IMG/VR virus record: IMGVR_UViG_3300028048_000121
Span: 1-64,000 of that record
Source of the DNA: a virus
Taxonomy: Duplodnaviria; Caudoviricetes
Length of the DNA stretch: 64,000 nucleotides
Strand: one strand, 5' to 3'
Shown: positions 9,278-19,451 of the stretch, one piece after another
Layout of the letters: each line of letters starts with the position of its first letter
How positions within the stretch are numbered: the stretch's first letter is position 1
Translations under genes and position numbers: made by a program
The notes under the pieces: generated by a model
Told to the model about the DNA's origin: nothing
The model's database searches: none
Seen by the model: only the letters and a program-made list of their open reading frames with translations

Positions 9278-9514
9278 TTATTTTAACATATCTAAAACAA
9301 CACCATGATTTCCACAGTTGTTACAATGATAATCAGTAAAGGAATTTCCATTATAAACCCACTGGTTAGTTACATATAAGTGATTACATTTTCTGCAAAA
9401 TCCGTGGTTATAGTTATAGATGCCATATGCGTACCATGCCAGAATCAGTACAATCAGCAAAAGCACAAATCTAATAGGAAGACCCATAAAAGGCTCAGAT
9501 TTCGTTTTTCTCAT
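9278..9514 (-). CDS. membrane-anchored small Zn-ribbon protein
   Basis: Hydrophobic N-terminal stretch, CRKC...CNNC. Confidence 0.6.
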   Translation of the reverse strand: MRKTKSEPFMGLPIRFVLLLIVLILAWYAYGIYNYNHGFCRKCNHLYVTNQWVYNGNSFTDYHCNNCGNHGVVLDMLK

Positions 9515-9598
9515 TTTTCTTTCTCTCCTCTCTTGTTCCTTTCTATACATAGTATATCACATTGGCGGGCGGCTGTCAACTATTTTTTTAAAAAATAT

Positions 9599-9723
9599 TG
9601 CACAATTTTGGGAGATTTTTGAGCAGAATCTTTGTACAAATTGCCTATTGACAAATCTGCGAGGATCTGGTATAATTGAGGTTCGGGCTCTGCCCGAGCG
9701 CCCTCGGCGCGACGAAAAAAAAA
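9599..9723 (+). repeat. operator/promoter/GC-hairpin element
   Basis: TGCACAA..TTGTACA, TTGACA..TGGTATAAT, TCGGGC..GCCCGA, A-run. Confidence 0.65.
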
Positions 9724-9732
9724 GAGGATTTT

Positions 9733-9924
9733 TCAATCCTCTTCTTCCATTTCATTTTCAATGAAGCTTTCCCATGTTCTGTATCCAGTTCTTACATAGC
9801 AGACCGCGTCAAGAACTTCATTCCAACTACCGCTCAGAAGGTTTCTTGCAAGATTCAGCTCCTCAGCAGTTGCAATGTTCCATTCTACCATCTGGTCGTA
9901 TTTCATCATTTCTTCCTGTGTCAT
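9733..9924 (-). CDS. hypothetical acidic protein
   Basis: 63-aa ORF with SD and promoter. Confidence 0.65.
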   Translation of the reverse strand: MTQEEMMKYDQMVEWNIATAEELNLARNLLSGSWNEVLDAVCYVRTGYRTWESFIENEMEEED

Positions 9925-10396
9925 TTTTTATTTCCTCTCTTTCTCTTTTCTTGATTTAATTATAGCACTTGTTTTTTGTTTTGTCAAGATTTTTTTTACT
10001 CTACATAGTCATCGTAAATTGTAATAATCATGTTAGTGAAATCTATAATAAGCTTTTTATTTATTGCTTTCAGCTTTTTTAAAGAATTCACTGTTATAGT
10101 CTCATTGTAATTATAATCAGAAGCTTTTCTTACGGTAAAAGTCATTTTTTTTATCTCCTCTCTTTCTTTCTGTATTTATTATAACAGATGCTCTTTAGAT
10201 TGTCAAGAATTTTTTTTATTTTGGAAGAGGGTTTTTCAACCCTCTTCCCATTCCTCAGCGGTGATTCCCGCTTCTCTGAGAAGGTCTTCGAAGCTTGCTC
10301 CTGCGATAACCATCATTTCGAGTGTCATTTTTTTGTCCTCCTGTCTCTTTCTGATTATAGTATAGCAAAAGCTTTATTATTTGTCAAGCAAAAAAA

Positions 10397-10502
10397 TACA
10401 CAATTTTAGGATTGGATTTTTGTGTAAAATTACCGCAAATTTAGTCTTGACAAACCGCATCATAGTGTGGTAAAATTTTACGGCGCCACTCGATCGGTGA
10501 CG
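10397..10502 (+). repeat. degenerate operator/promoter/hairpin element
   Basis: TACACAA..TTGTGTA, TTGACA..TGGTAAAAT, CGGCGCC. Confidence 0.5.
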
Positions 10503-10770
10503 TTAATAAAAAGAGAAGCTTTTCAGCTTCTCTTTAATATGCTACATATCCGCGAAACTTTTTAGTATTGATTCCCATTTCAGTACAAAGCTTTTCAAAA
10601 TCTTTAGCTTTCAGATTGTTTTTTGCTTCCTCGAGTGTCCAAACAACCTTTTCTCTCGTACCATCCGCCTTGAAGATTGTCATGTAAGCTTTAAGATTTG
10701 TCATTGTTTTTCCTTCCTTTCTTTTGTTTGTTTCTTTCCTCTTTCTGATTATAGTATAGCAGATGATTTA

Positions 10771-11079
10771 TCATTTGTCAACCACTTTTTTTACATTTTC
10801 TATTTTATCATCATAGATATTATCTATTGTTCCTAATGAATTCATTGTGAGTTTAACAACATCACCTTTGTGATACTGTCTTTCATCATCCTCGAATTCC
10901 CATTCATCATCGAATGTGTCTTTGACTGTAACAATGTTTTTATAGACTGAAATGACCGTTGCTGTCTTGGTGTAATGTGTTTCATACCATGAGCATACAC
11001 AAAAGATAGTAAGGAATAAAATTGCCACAAACATCTGTACAAAAAATTCTTTAATCTTTCTAACAGTTTTTCTTTTCAT
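10771..11079 (-). CDS. membrane-anchored hypothetical protein
   Basis: N-terminal hydrophobic helix followed by a beta-rich domain. Confidence 0.65.
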   Translation of the reverse strand: MKRKTVRKIKEFFVQMFVAILFLTIFCVCSWYETHYTKTATVISVYKNIVTVKDTFDDEWEFEDDERQYHKGDVVKLTMNSLGTIDNIYDDKIENVKKVVDK

Positions 11080-11409
11080 TTTAATTACTTCCTTTCTTTT
11101 GATAATACTATTATAACAAATAATATTTACTTTGTCAATAGATAGAGTGATAGAAGATTTCTATCACTCTTCGAATGTATGTTCGGTATTCCTTTTGCTC
11201 AGTTTAATCCATTTAACATTAGTTACATTACATTTATCTGTTATTCTTTTAACAAACTGCTGTGCTAACCTCGGATTGTTTGTCTTTTTATAGATTGTTT
11301 TAGTATAGTTTATCTCTATCATGATTAAGTATTCAGTCATCTCTTTATTGCTCCTTTCTCTTCCTTTCTGTCTTTATTGTATCACACTTTCATCATCTTG
11401 TCAACATAC

Positions 11410-11716
11410 AAATTGCACAAATTTTTGTTAAGTTTTTTGTACAACTTTTTACTTGACTTTTTAGTTTTCTTGTGATTTATTGTCAAAATGCACAAAAGGC
11501 ACAGCTCAAGTTTGTGCATTTTGTCTATTGACAAACTCGCCAATACCTGTCAATAGACAAAATGCACAAAAATAAAAAAGTTTTTTGTGCATTTTGACGA
11601 ATAAGCACAAAATTCGGGATTTGTCAAGTCGGCAGAATGCACAAAAAATCCAGCAAAAAATTGTGCAATATTACTACTTGACAGAACAGCGGGCTTGAGC
11701 TATCGCTCGCCGCCCG
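11410..11716. repeat. array of TGCACAA/TTGTGCA inverted sites with a 23-bp perfect inverted repeat
   Basis: TTTGTGCATTTTGTCTATTGACA (11511-11533) / TGTCAATAGACAAAATGCACAAA (11548-11570), plus several more half-sites. Confidence 0.8.
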
Positions 11717-12084
11717 AGAAATGATATAAATAATATCATAACAAAGGAAAGATTTTCTATTATATTAAAAAAAGATAATGAAACAAGTTCTAATTGTAAT
11801 TCATTATCTTTATAATTGATTCATTAAAATTATATTTATAGAGAAGTGTTTATCTTTGTTGTTGTGCGGCGTTTATTTTTTCTTGGGGATCTCCCGCCTA
11901 TGCATTGACTCAAGGCTCATCGAAAATCATCAAGGTAGTTAATATACCGGGGGGTATATTTTGGGAAAAAAATTTTTTGAATTTGTAAAAATGGTTTGGT
12001 CTCGACATTTCCCTCTCCAAATTAATTTTTAAATCGAAAAAACGAAATTTAACCTTTAAGTGAAAGTTGCAATGGTATTTGTGT

Positions 12085-12288
12085 TCAATCTTGCGAGATT
12101 CCATCTAGAAAAGATAAGTCTAAATCTGTAACATTGGCTTCAAATCCTTCATCACTATGACGTATAACAATATTTTTATTTATAGCATTAATATAGCTAT
12201 CATGTCGCATAGCCTCTTCAATAGTTGGTCTAAATAAAGAATTTACAAATCTTACAGAATCTTCACCTGACAAAGAAATCCTTTCCAC
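12085..12288 (-). CDS. hypothetical protein
   Basis: 67-aa ORF, GTG start. Confidence 0.5.
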   Translation of the reverse strand: MERISLSGEDSVRFVNSLFRPTIEEAMRHDSYINAINKNIVIRHSDEGFEANVTDLDLSFLDGISQD

Positions 12289-12694
12289 TCTTAAATCACA
12301 CCCTTCTCCAAATCAATTTTTAAAATATATCACAATTACATTTACCTTTTGGCATCTCTTCATTCATTTCTGTGTTCAATATTTCATCAAGAGATTGATT
12401 AAATAAATACGAATACATAAGTAAATATTGAATAGAATTTATTTTTCTTCATTATTTGTTAAACTTTTTATAAAATCTTTAATTTTCATAACATTTAACT
12501 TTCTTGCATTTTTTTGGAACTTCTTCATTCCAAATTGCCATATATACAACTTGTTTTAATGAATTAGTAGCTTTTCTTTTAAGTTTATTTTTCTTTTTCA
12601 TGTAACCACTTTTTCATCCTATTAAAATCCATGTTGTAAATAAAACCAATATCACCCATGCCGCAATAAAACCCGATGTCTTTTAGTTTGTCGA

Positions 12695-13027
12695 TCATTC
12701 CTGTCCCTCTTTGTACTCTTTGTTCAACCATGCACTCACATCCTGATGATGACTTACCTTTCCCTCACCGTCACGACAGACCACCTCAATAGAATCAAGG
12801 TCTATCCCGAACACTTCACGAAATTTCATACCATTCGTGACAATTGGATGTTCAACCGCCCACCGCATAATGATGCGCTCAGCTTCTTCTGAATGATACC
12901 TAATCCAGTTACTACATGATTTACAGGCATTATCTTTTATTCTTTGTATCTGACATGAACCGCACGAATCACAATAAGTATTGCACATTCTATTGAGTTC
13001 GCTCATTACCTTCTGAAATTCAGCCAT
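12695..13027 (-). CDS. Cys-rich hypothetical phage protein
   Basis: RMC..C..C.I..C..WI..H.EEA..I..WA.EHP pattern. Confidence 0.7.
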   Translation of the reverse strand: MAEFQKVMSELNRMCNTYCDSCGSCQIQRIKDNACKSCSNWIRYHSEEAERIIMRWAVEHPIVTNGMKFREVFGIDLDSIEVVCRDGEGKVSHHQDVSAWLNKEYKEGQE

Positions 13028-13028
13028 T

Positions 13029-13232
13029 TTAATCCTCCTTATCCTTTTCGCTCATCTTATCAACAATAATAGCAAGAGATTTGGCAATTGACGAAAGATA
13101 TGTCGCTATCACTAATTTTAAAGAAATTAAATTTAGGATATTAGGAGACATAAGGCCAGCGTTTTTTTTAAGCAGCTCCTCACTTTCAAGTAAAGCATTA
13201 TTCAGCTTATCTAACTCTTCTAAATTAGTCAT
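13029..13232 (-). CDS. hypothetical protein
   Basis: ORF tightly packed in operon, SD present. Confidence 0.6.
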   Translation of the reverse strand: MTNLEELDKLNNALLESEELLKKNAGLMSPNILNLISLKLVIATYLSSIAKSLAIIVDKMSEKDKED

Positions 13233-13545
13233 TATCTAACTTCCTCCTTAATTTCGCCCTTTATCCAGTCAATCCTAGCCTGGTCGCTGCTCAAATATCC
13301 ACGGCCAAACACATACATAAGCCAGTAAATAATTCGATATTGTTCCTCTGGCGTTTTTCCACGAAGTTCCTTTTCCAAACGTGTTTCCATTATTTCTCCT
13401 TAGTCCGTTTATACTCTTCGGCCCAATACGTTTTTACAAAATTCTAGTATAATAAGTACTATAGATCTTTTCGTTGCATAACCAACACTTTACATCTTTA
13501 TCTTCCACATTACAACTTATAAGATTATTAATATTATTCATTTTG

Positions 13546-13764
13546 TTATATTGATGATAGTTTATCCCGCATACATGCAATAACCTGTTCTTTGGTATAG
13601 CTTTCACGACCATAAAACTTATCTGCTGCATACTCTATTTGAAACATATTGCATGACGGACATCTTACAATCCAGTTTTTATATGATCCATCCATACCAC
13701 CATTATGGTAAGTGATGCCAATCTGTAAAGTATTATTGCAAATCGGACACTTTAAATTACTCAT
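13546..13764 (-). CDS. Lar-like zinc-ribbon protein
   Basis: LKCPIC...VRCPSC. Confidence 0.55.
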   Translation of the reverse strand: MSNLKCPICNNTLQIGITYHNGGMDGSYKNWIVRCPSCNMFQIEYAADKFYGRESYTKEQVIACMRDKLSSI

Positions 13765-14194
13765 TTCTGTTTCCTTCCCACGGTTTCGGCAGTGGCATCC
13801 ATGCCAAAACCTTTGTCACCTCATAAAATCCATATTCACTGTCATAATCAATAAAACCGGGTTTATGCTCTTCAATATCGTACTCAATGTATATATCCTG
13901 GTGAAAATCAGCAATTCGAAGATATGTCGCTTTCCCCACATAGCCTTGAACTGTACAAAGATATAATCCTTCTTTGTTCGGGAGCCTCTCCGTCACTGGA
14001 ATCCACTGCTGTGCCGCCGCATATCCCGCCTGAAAGCCCATGCGATAGGACTTAGGTTCTGACTGTACTGGCGGCAACGCCTTTATAGCTTTTTCGATCC
14101 GTTTCTGCCGCCCAATGTTCGTACCACCGTCCCAGTCGTCAGCCGCTTCGATGGCGGTATCAATCGCCGCCTGTCTGCTTATCATGTCATCCAT
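13757..14194 (-). CDS. DUF551-like protein
   Basis: WIPVTERLP and VLAWMPLPKPW motifs; start at MDDMISRQ after AGGAG. Confidence 0.75.
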   Translation of the reverse strand: MDDMISRQAAIDTAIEAADDWDGGTNIGRQKRIEKAIKALPPVQSEPKSYRMGFQAGYAAAQQWIPVTERLPNKEGLYLCTVQGYVGKATYLRIADFHQDIYIEYDIEEHKPGFIDYDSEYGFYEVTKVLAWMPLPKPWEGNRNE

Positions 14195-14408
14195 GCTCTT
14201 CTCCTTCCTGGCGATGTTTGAAGGCGTTGAACATACGCATAAATCGCTCAGAGCAGTCTTCGCACAAATCATAAAAGCGGCAAATCTTCAAATCGCCTCT
14301 GCCTTTGGTACTGTCTCCTAAAACAATTTCTAATCTGTCATGTTCAAAAGGAATCTCCCGTTCGCATAGATCACAGTTATATATAGTTTTATTTGCCATG
14401 TCGTTCAC
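14187..14408 (-). CDS. small Zn-binding hypothetical protein
   Basis: CDLC...DLCEDC. Confidence 0.6.
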   Translation of the reverse strand: MNDMANKTIYNCDLCEREIPFEHDRLEIVLGDSTKGRGDLKICRFYDLCEDCSERFMRMFNAFKHRQEGEEHG

Positions 14409-14728
14409 CTTCTTTCCTCTATCTTTGCTACCTTCAATTCACCATTTCCACAAAACCAATTATCCATAGGTTTCCACGAATACCAATAATCCTCACACTT
14501 ACATGGACATTTATCATCTGGAAATTCTAAATCATCTCTATCTGTTCCTGTTGGTTTATGTTTGCATTCCTTGCATCTTACTACCTCAACAGCATCTACA
14601 GACGATAGCGCCTTTAAGATTTTCTCAATTCGTTTTTGCCTCCCAATACTTGTGTTACCTTCCCAATTATCAACCGCCTCAATTGCGGCATCAATCGCCA
14701 CATTGAGACTTATCAATCTATCATTCAT
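14405..14728 (-). CDS. phage protein with DAVEVVRCKEC motif
   Basis: N-terminus paralogous to the 13757 gene (AIDAAIEA.D.W.G.T.IGRQKRIEK); VRCKEC...WFC. Confidence 0.7.
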   Translation of the reverse strand: MNDRLISLNVAIDAAIEAVDNWEGNTSIGRQKRIEKILKALSSVDAVEVVRCKECKHKPTGTDRDDLEFPDDKCPCKCEDYWYSWKPMDNWFCGNGELKVAKIEERR

Positions 14729-14737
14729 TTATCTCAC

Positions 14738-15199
14738 TCATGTATCCTTTCCATCCATCTGTATGCCACGACTGCAAAAATCATTGCGGTTTCTGTATCT
14801 GATTCCACCTTCTCCAGTAAGACATTTAGCTAAACCTTCACAGGAAACATGGTCTCTGTCCCAAAAGTCACACTTATTGCATCTAATTACTGAAACAGCG
14901 TCCACAGGCGAAAGGTTTTTGAGCATTTTTATCACCGCTTTACCGGCATTTACATATCCCTCGGCATACTCGGTTTTTGGATACCCATATACCTCGTCTA
15001 CCTTCTTTTCAATTCTCCATATAGCTTCTTGCAGTACAGACGGCAAAGCATCCATACTTTCCGGGCATCCTTCGTCTGTCATAGCGTCCAAAAACTCTGC
15101 TATAGTTCCTGTGTGTTCCGGGTAGCTCTCAGTTTCATCGTCATAACTCTGCCAATGCACGACCGTATCAGCGTTGATCAGCTTCATTTCTATCCTCAT
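14738..15199 (-). CDS. phage protein with DAVSVIRCNKC motif
   Basis: KLINAD start and RC..C...DFCS.G end. Confidence 0.65.
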   Translation of the reverse strand: MRIEMKLINADTVVHWQSYDDETESYPEHTGTIAEFLDAMTDEGCPESMDALPSVLQEAIWRIEKKVDEVYGYPKTEYAEGYVNAGKAVIKMLKNLSPVDAVSVIRCNKCDFWDRDHVSCEGLAKCLTGEGGIRYRNRNDFCSRGIQMDGKDT

Positions 15200-15470
15200 C
15201 TCTTTCTCGCTCTGCTTCAATCTCCTGCTTGTACCGCCACTCCCGCACCATATCATCTATACTGTCACCGCCAATGGGTGTACTGTTAAAAAGGTTGATC
15301 CAATCTATCGGTATAGCATCTATGGGGTCAGCATTATCAATAGCAATACAAATATCTTCAAATTCTTTACCACGACCACAGGATTCATAACTTCCCCAAT
15401 CGCATTTATTACAATCTTCACTTGTAATACCTAATGCTTTTTTTAATTTATCTGCATCAATTAATCTCAT
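15168..15470 (-). CDS. phage protein (MRLIDAD family)
   Basis: MRLIDADKLK..AIDNADPIDA. Confidence 0.65.
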   Translation of the reverse strand: MRLIDADKLKKALGITSEDCNKCDWGSYESCGRGKEFEDICIAIDNADPIDAIPIDWINLFNSTPIGGDSIDDMVREWRYKQEIEAERERDEDRNEADQR

Positions 15471-15742
15471 TCTTCTTCTCCACTACTACAAAAATCATTT
15501 GCGGTTGTTGCAATTATTTTAGAATGATTGCGGCAAGCGTGAAATTGTGTAGATAAATCACAATTAGGAAATTTGTCCCATGATTTACAATTTTTACATC
15601 TAACAACTGCAACTACATCTGCGGGAGGTATCTTATCTAATATTTCTTCAAGAATTATTTTTGCAGTTGCTGTATCAAACCAAGCATAATGTTCAATTAA
15701 AGTATTGTAAACCGCACTTATATTAACATATCTATCTTTCAT
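15467..15742 (-). CDS. phage protein with ADVVAVVRCKNC motif
   Basis: IPPADV..VVRCKNC...DFCS.GE. Confidence 0.7.
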   Translation of the reverse strand: MKDRYVNISAVYNTLIEHYAWFDTATAKIILEEILDKIPPADVVAVVRCKNCKSWDKFPNCDLSTQFHACRNHSKIIATTANDFCSSGEEE

Positions 15743-16154
15743 TTTCTTTTGGCTTGCACGGCTCCTTTAACATACCATAATCATAAAGATTATCCAACTT
15801 TTTTGCAGTTTTATTAATATAATTTTTAATCTGATTATTAATATCTACCTGTCTCATTTTTTCGGCGCGGTATTCAGCTAAATGTTTTCCATAAGTTTCA
15901 TCCCATTCATCATTAGGAGAACATTTTGCAATTCCTTTATAAATGCGGTTATCAAATGGATGATACTCATCTTCCCAGCCTAAATAAAGTCCATATTTAT
16001 TCACTCTAGTAAGAAAATCTTCATGAGTTGTTAAAATACATGCAATAGTTCTTTTTTCTTTATTAATTTTAAATTCTTTTTTTACTGTATTAAATTTTTT
16101 TAATTTTACTTTCATTGCGGTTTTCGCAGGTATATGGCTGTCACTAACCTGCAT
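15732..16154 (-). CDS. hypothetical phage protein
   Basis: GIAKCSPNDEWDETYGK.LAEYRA motif. Confidence 0.7.
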   Translation of the reverse strand: MQVSDSHIPAKTAMKVKLKKFNTVKKEFKINKEKRTIACILTTHEDFLTRVNKYGLYLGWEDEYHPFDNRIYKGIAKCSPNDEWDETYGKHLAEYRAEKMRQVDINNQIKNYINKTAKKLDNLYDYGMLKEPCKPKENER

Positions 16155-16168
16155 CTCCCTCCTTTTTA

Positions 16169-16354
16169 TTATTTTTCAAAATAAAATAGTGCATTAAACT
16201 CAGAAAAATAAAAATCTTGCTCTTTACTTTCTTCTGTTGTTACAAAAATTTTATTATTATCATATCTGTATTTATAATTTTGACCTTTTTTAAAAGATCC
16301 AAAATCAAAACTCATATCATATCTTGCTATTGCTAAATCTTTATTAGAAATCAT
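16169..16354 (-). CDS. hypothetical protein
   Basis: 61-aa ORF overlapping the upstream stop. Confidence 0.55.
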   Translation of the reverse strand: MISNKDLAIARYDMSFDFGSFKKGQNYKYRYDNNKIFVTTEESKEQDFYFSEFNALFYFEK

Positions 16355-16782
16355 ATTTTTAATCCCTCATAATCTATAATTTCTTTATTTTGTTGTAAAG
16401 CATAATTTCTTGTGATAAAAGTTCCTCCACTGCCAACTCCATCCCATACGCATAATAATTTATCTGCGGCATCTACCATATATTTATCTCTTAGCCAATA
16501 AACATTTTTAGAATATTGCGGTGATACTATAACAATTTGATTATTTTCCATAATCCATTCTTCTGTTGGATGATAATTTTTTTTAGGAAAAGCATAACAA
16601 CAGATAATAGGTATTCCAAGTTTTTTTGCAACAGTTGCTATAATTTGATCTACCCCTTGTGCCATACCGTCATATATTACAGATGGCTGAAGGCGAATAA
16701 GTTGCTTTTCCGCCCATTCTGCTATCATTTTCTCTTGCCCTTTTAATCTCTATGGACGATGTCCTGTAACAGCTATTGTCAT
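16351..16782 (-). CDS. YspA/SLOG-family (DUF1273-like) protein, 1 in-frame TAG
   Basis: TAG read-through restores the N-terminal IAVTGHRP motif; GMAQGVD, RDKYMVD, WDG..SGGT. Confidence 0.8.
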
Positions 16783-16864
16783 ATATTTTTCCTTTCTTAA
16801 TTTCTTAATAATATTATAATATTTTTTTTTATAAAAATCAAATAAAAGTTCTATGGAATTGGAT

Positions 16865-16893
16865 TTGACAAATAAAAATTTTTTTGGTATAAT
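16865..16893 (+). promoter_or_regulatory. consensus sigmaA-type promoter at the strand switch
   Basis: TTGACA-N17-(TGG)TATAAT. Confidence 0.8.
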
Positions 16894-16927
16894 GTAATTA
16901 CAAGATTAGTAGAAAGGATATATTTTC

Positions 16928-18043
16928 ATGGAAAAAGAAAACATTATAATATCTAATAAATAGGACGATAAGAGACCTTATCCTAAACTAGATTATACTA
17001 TTATAGATATTCAAGAGAGAAATAAAAAAGTCCATGAAATTGTTAATTCTGTTCCTATATAGAAACTAACTCCTTATTATTTAGAAGAACTTACAAAATA
17101 TTTGACTGAAACACCATAGAATAAAAAAGAAAAGAAAATATTAACTGACAATAGAATGGTAACAGTAAATAAAAGAGAAATTTCATATGAAGGTCTTATT
17201 TCAAAATTAGAAAATGGTTAGGATGGTATATATAATTTTATAACTGATGGTGATAAAAATATTTTATTAGTTCCAAAAATTTAGATTACAGAAAATGATA
17301 TAGAAACAATACCAGGATTAAAAGAACTTAGAGAAGAAATTAAAAAGATAGAAATAAGACAAAGTGCGGCAAGAGGTAAACAAAAATTTTTATTAACTAA
17401 ACAGCTAATTGAAATGAGGCAAGATCAATATGTTTTAAAAAGTATTTATAAACCGCCAATTACTTTAATGAAGGTAACTAAAAATTTAAATCAAATTAAT
17501 TTAGATGAATGTATAACAGTTGATTAGAATGGTGAACCTATAAGTAATTCTTTAGTATCTTTATTTAATCCTTATCATGTTTGTTGTTTATTATGTAATT
17601 ATTCTAAATTAAAGGAGGATTGTTGGGGACATTTTGATAATGATTGGTGGTATTTAATGGAAGATTTTGATAATCTTTCAGAAAGAGCATTAAAAAAAGA
17701 TTATCCTATTTTATATGATATTATGATTTATAAAATTGATGGTATGCAAAATAAAGATATTCAAGAAAAAATAAAATAGGATTATGGAATAACTTATTCT
17801 ATTACATATCTATCTGCGGTATGGCGACAAAAAATTCCTAAAATAATTTCTGAGAAAGCAAAAGAAGAATGGATTATTTGGCATTATACTTTTGAAGAAA
17901 AGGGAAAATGGAAAAAATGTTCTCGTTGTCATTAGATTAAGCTTGCCCATCCTTATTTTTTTACAAAAAATAAAACTGCAAAAGACGGTTGGTATAGTAT
18001 GTGTAAATGTTGCAGAAATAAAAAGAAAATTAAAATTAATTAA
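16928..18043 (+). CDS. 371-aa protein with C-terminal HTH-like region and Zn finger (candidate late transcription regulator); 8 in-frame TAGs; absent from ORF track
   Basis: Open from ATG to TAA if TAG is sense; YKIDGMQNKDI..GITYS..YLS..W then CSRC..CKCC. Confidence 0.7.
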
Positions 18044-18045
18044 AT

Positions 18046-18090
18046 GGACAAAAATCTTTAATTTGTATTAATTTTTTTTATATAATATAA
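18046..18090 (+). promoter_or_regulatory. putative phage-specific (late) promoter motif GGWCAAA-N6-TAA-N14-TTTTA
   Basis: Same spacing recurs at 21185 and 24213 (+) and at ~41031 and ~55115 (-). Confidence 0.55.
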
Positions 18091-18110
18091 ATAAGAAAGA
18101 AGGAAATGTT

Positions 18111-19451
18111 ATGGCAACAAAAAAATTAAAAGGACAACAAGAAGATGCAAATGGAAAATGTCAATGTTAGAGATGCGGTAAACGCATTGGTCAAATAAAT
18201 TTTTATACATATAAAGATGGTAGCAAGTGTGAAATTTGTAAACCTTGTCTAACAGCTCGTATTGATAATTTTGATCCTACTACTTTTGAATGGATTCTTG
18301 AAAAAATGGATGTTCCTTATGTACCAACTGAATGGAATGTATTAAGAGATAGGGCTTTTGCTAAAGATCCGTACAAAATGAATGGAATGTCTGTTATTGG
18401 TAAGTATCTTGCAAAAATGAAACTGAAACAGTGGAGTAAATATGGATACGCTGATACAAAAAAGATTCAAGAAGAAATGGAAGCTGAAAAGGCTAAAAAG
18501 GAGAAAGCAGAAGCTGATGAAAAGGCACGATATGAAGCTGAGCTTAAAGTAAAATTAAGTTAGGGAAAAATATCTCCCGCTCAATATCAGACTCTTGTTA
18601 GCACAGAAACTCAAAATAAAGAGTTACTACGTTGGGGAGATGTAATCACTGGTTAGCATTTAGGTCAAATATTTTAGACTAATGGTCAACCGCAATCTTA
18701 TGAGGAAGCATTAAAGCAAGCAAAAAATCCTTTTCAAGAACAGAATTTTATGTCTGAAAGTGATATAATAGACCCTGGCGCTGATTTAGATAAAGAAGAT
18801 AAAATGTATCTTGCGGTTAAATGGGGAAGGCTTTATAAGCCTAGTCAATGGGTTGCTCTTGAACAGTTATATAATGAATTTATGGATTCTTTTGATATTC
18901 AAGGCGCGGCACGTATAGATACATTAAAAATGATTTGTAAAACTTCTTTAAAAATGAATGAAGCAATTGATTGCGGCGATATTGATTCTTATCAGAAACT
19001 ATCTCGTGTATACGATTCTATGATGAAATCCGCAAAATTTACAGAAGCACAAAATAAAGATAAAGATGGAGATGCTATTGATTCTGCATCTGCTATTGTT
19101 GATTTTGTTGAGGCTCATACTGGTGAAATTCCACGTTATGAATGTAAAGAGCCACAAGATATTGTAGATCAAATTATTGCTGATTTAAAAGCTTATAATA
19201 AGAGTTTAATTTATGAAGATAAATCTTTGGCTCAAGAAATTGAAAAATATTTACAAGATAAACGAATTTCAGAAGAAATGAAAAAAGATAAAAAAGATGC
19301 AAGAGCAAAAGGTTTGGAAAATGTTGAACTTGAAGATGATGATTTTACTGATTATAAAAATTCCTTAAATCATATGAAATCTCATGATAAAGATTTAAAT
19401 GATGAATTAATTTAGGAAGAATATATAAACAGGAGGGTTCAACACGAATGA
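18111..19451 (+). CDS. Zn-finger-containing protein upstream of TerL (possible terminase small subunit); 5 TAGs
   Basis: TAG read-through joins ORFs 18306 and 18750; its TGA overlaps the TerL ATG (ATGA). Confidence 0.7.

Noticed and set aside
11410-11716. CRISPR array
   Set aside because: The repeats are short inverted half-sites with irregular spacing, not direct repeats with unique spacers, and no cas genes are present.
14562-15125. 187-aa plus-strand ORF, and the other plus-strand ORFs in 1-16 kb
   Set aside because: They lie antisense to well-supported minus-strand genes and are Ser/Phe/Leu-rich shadows.
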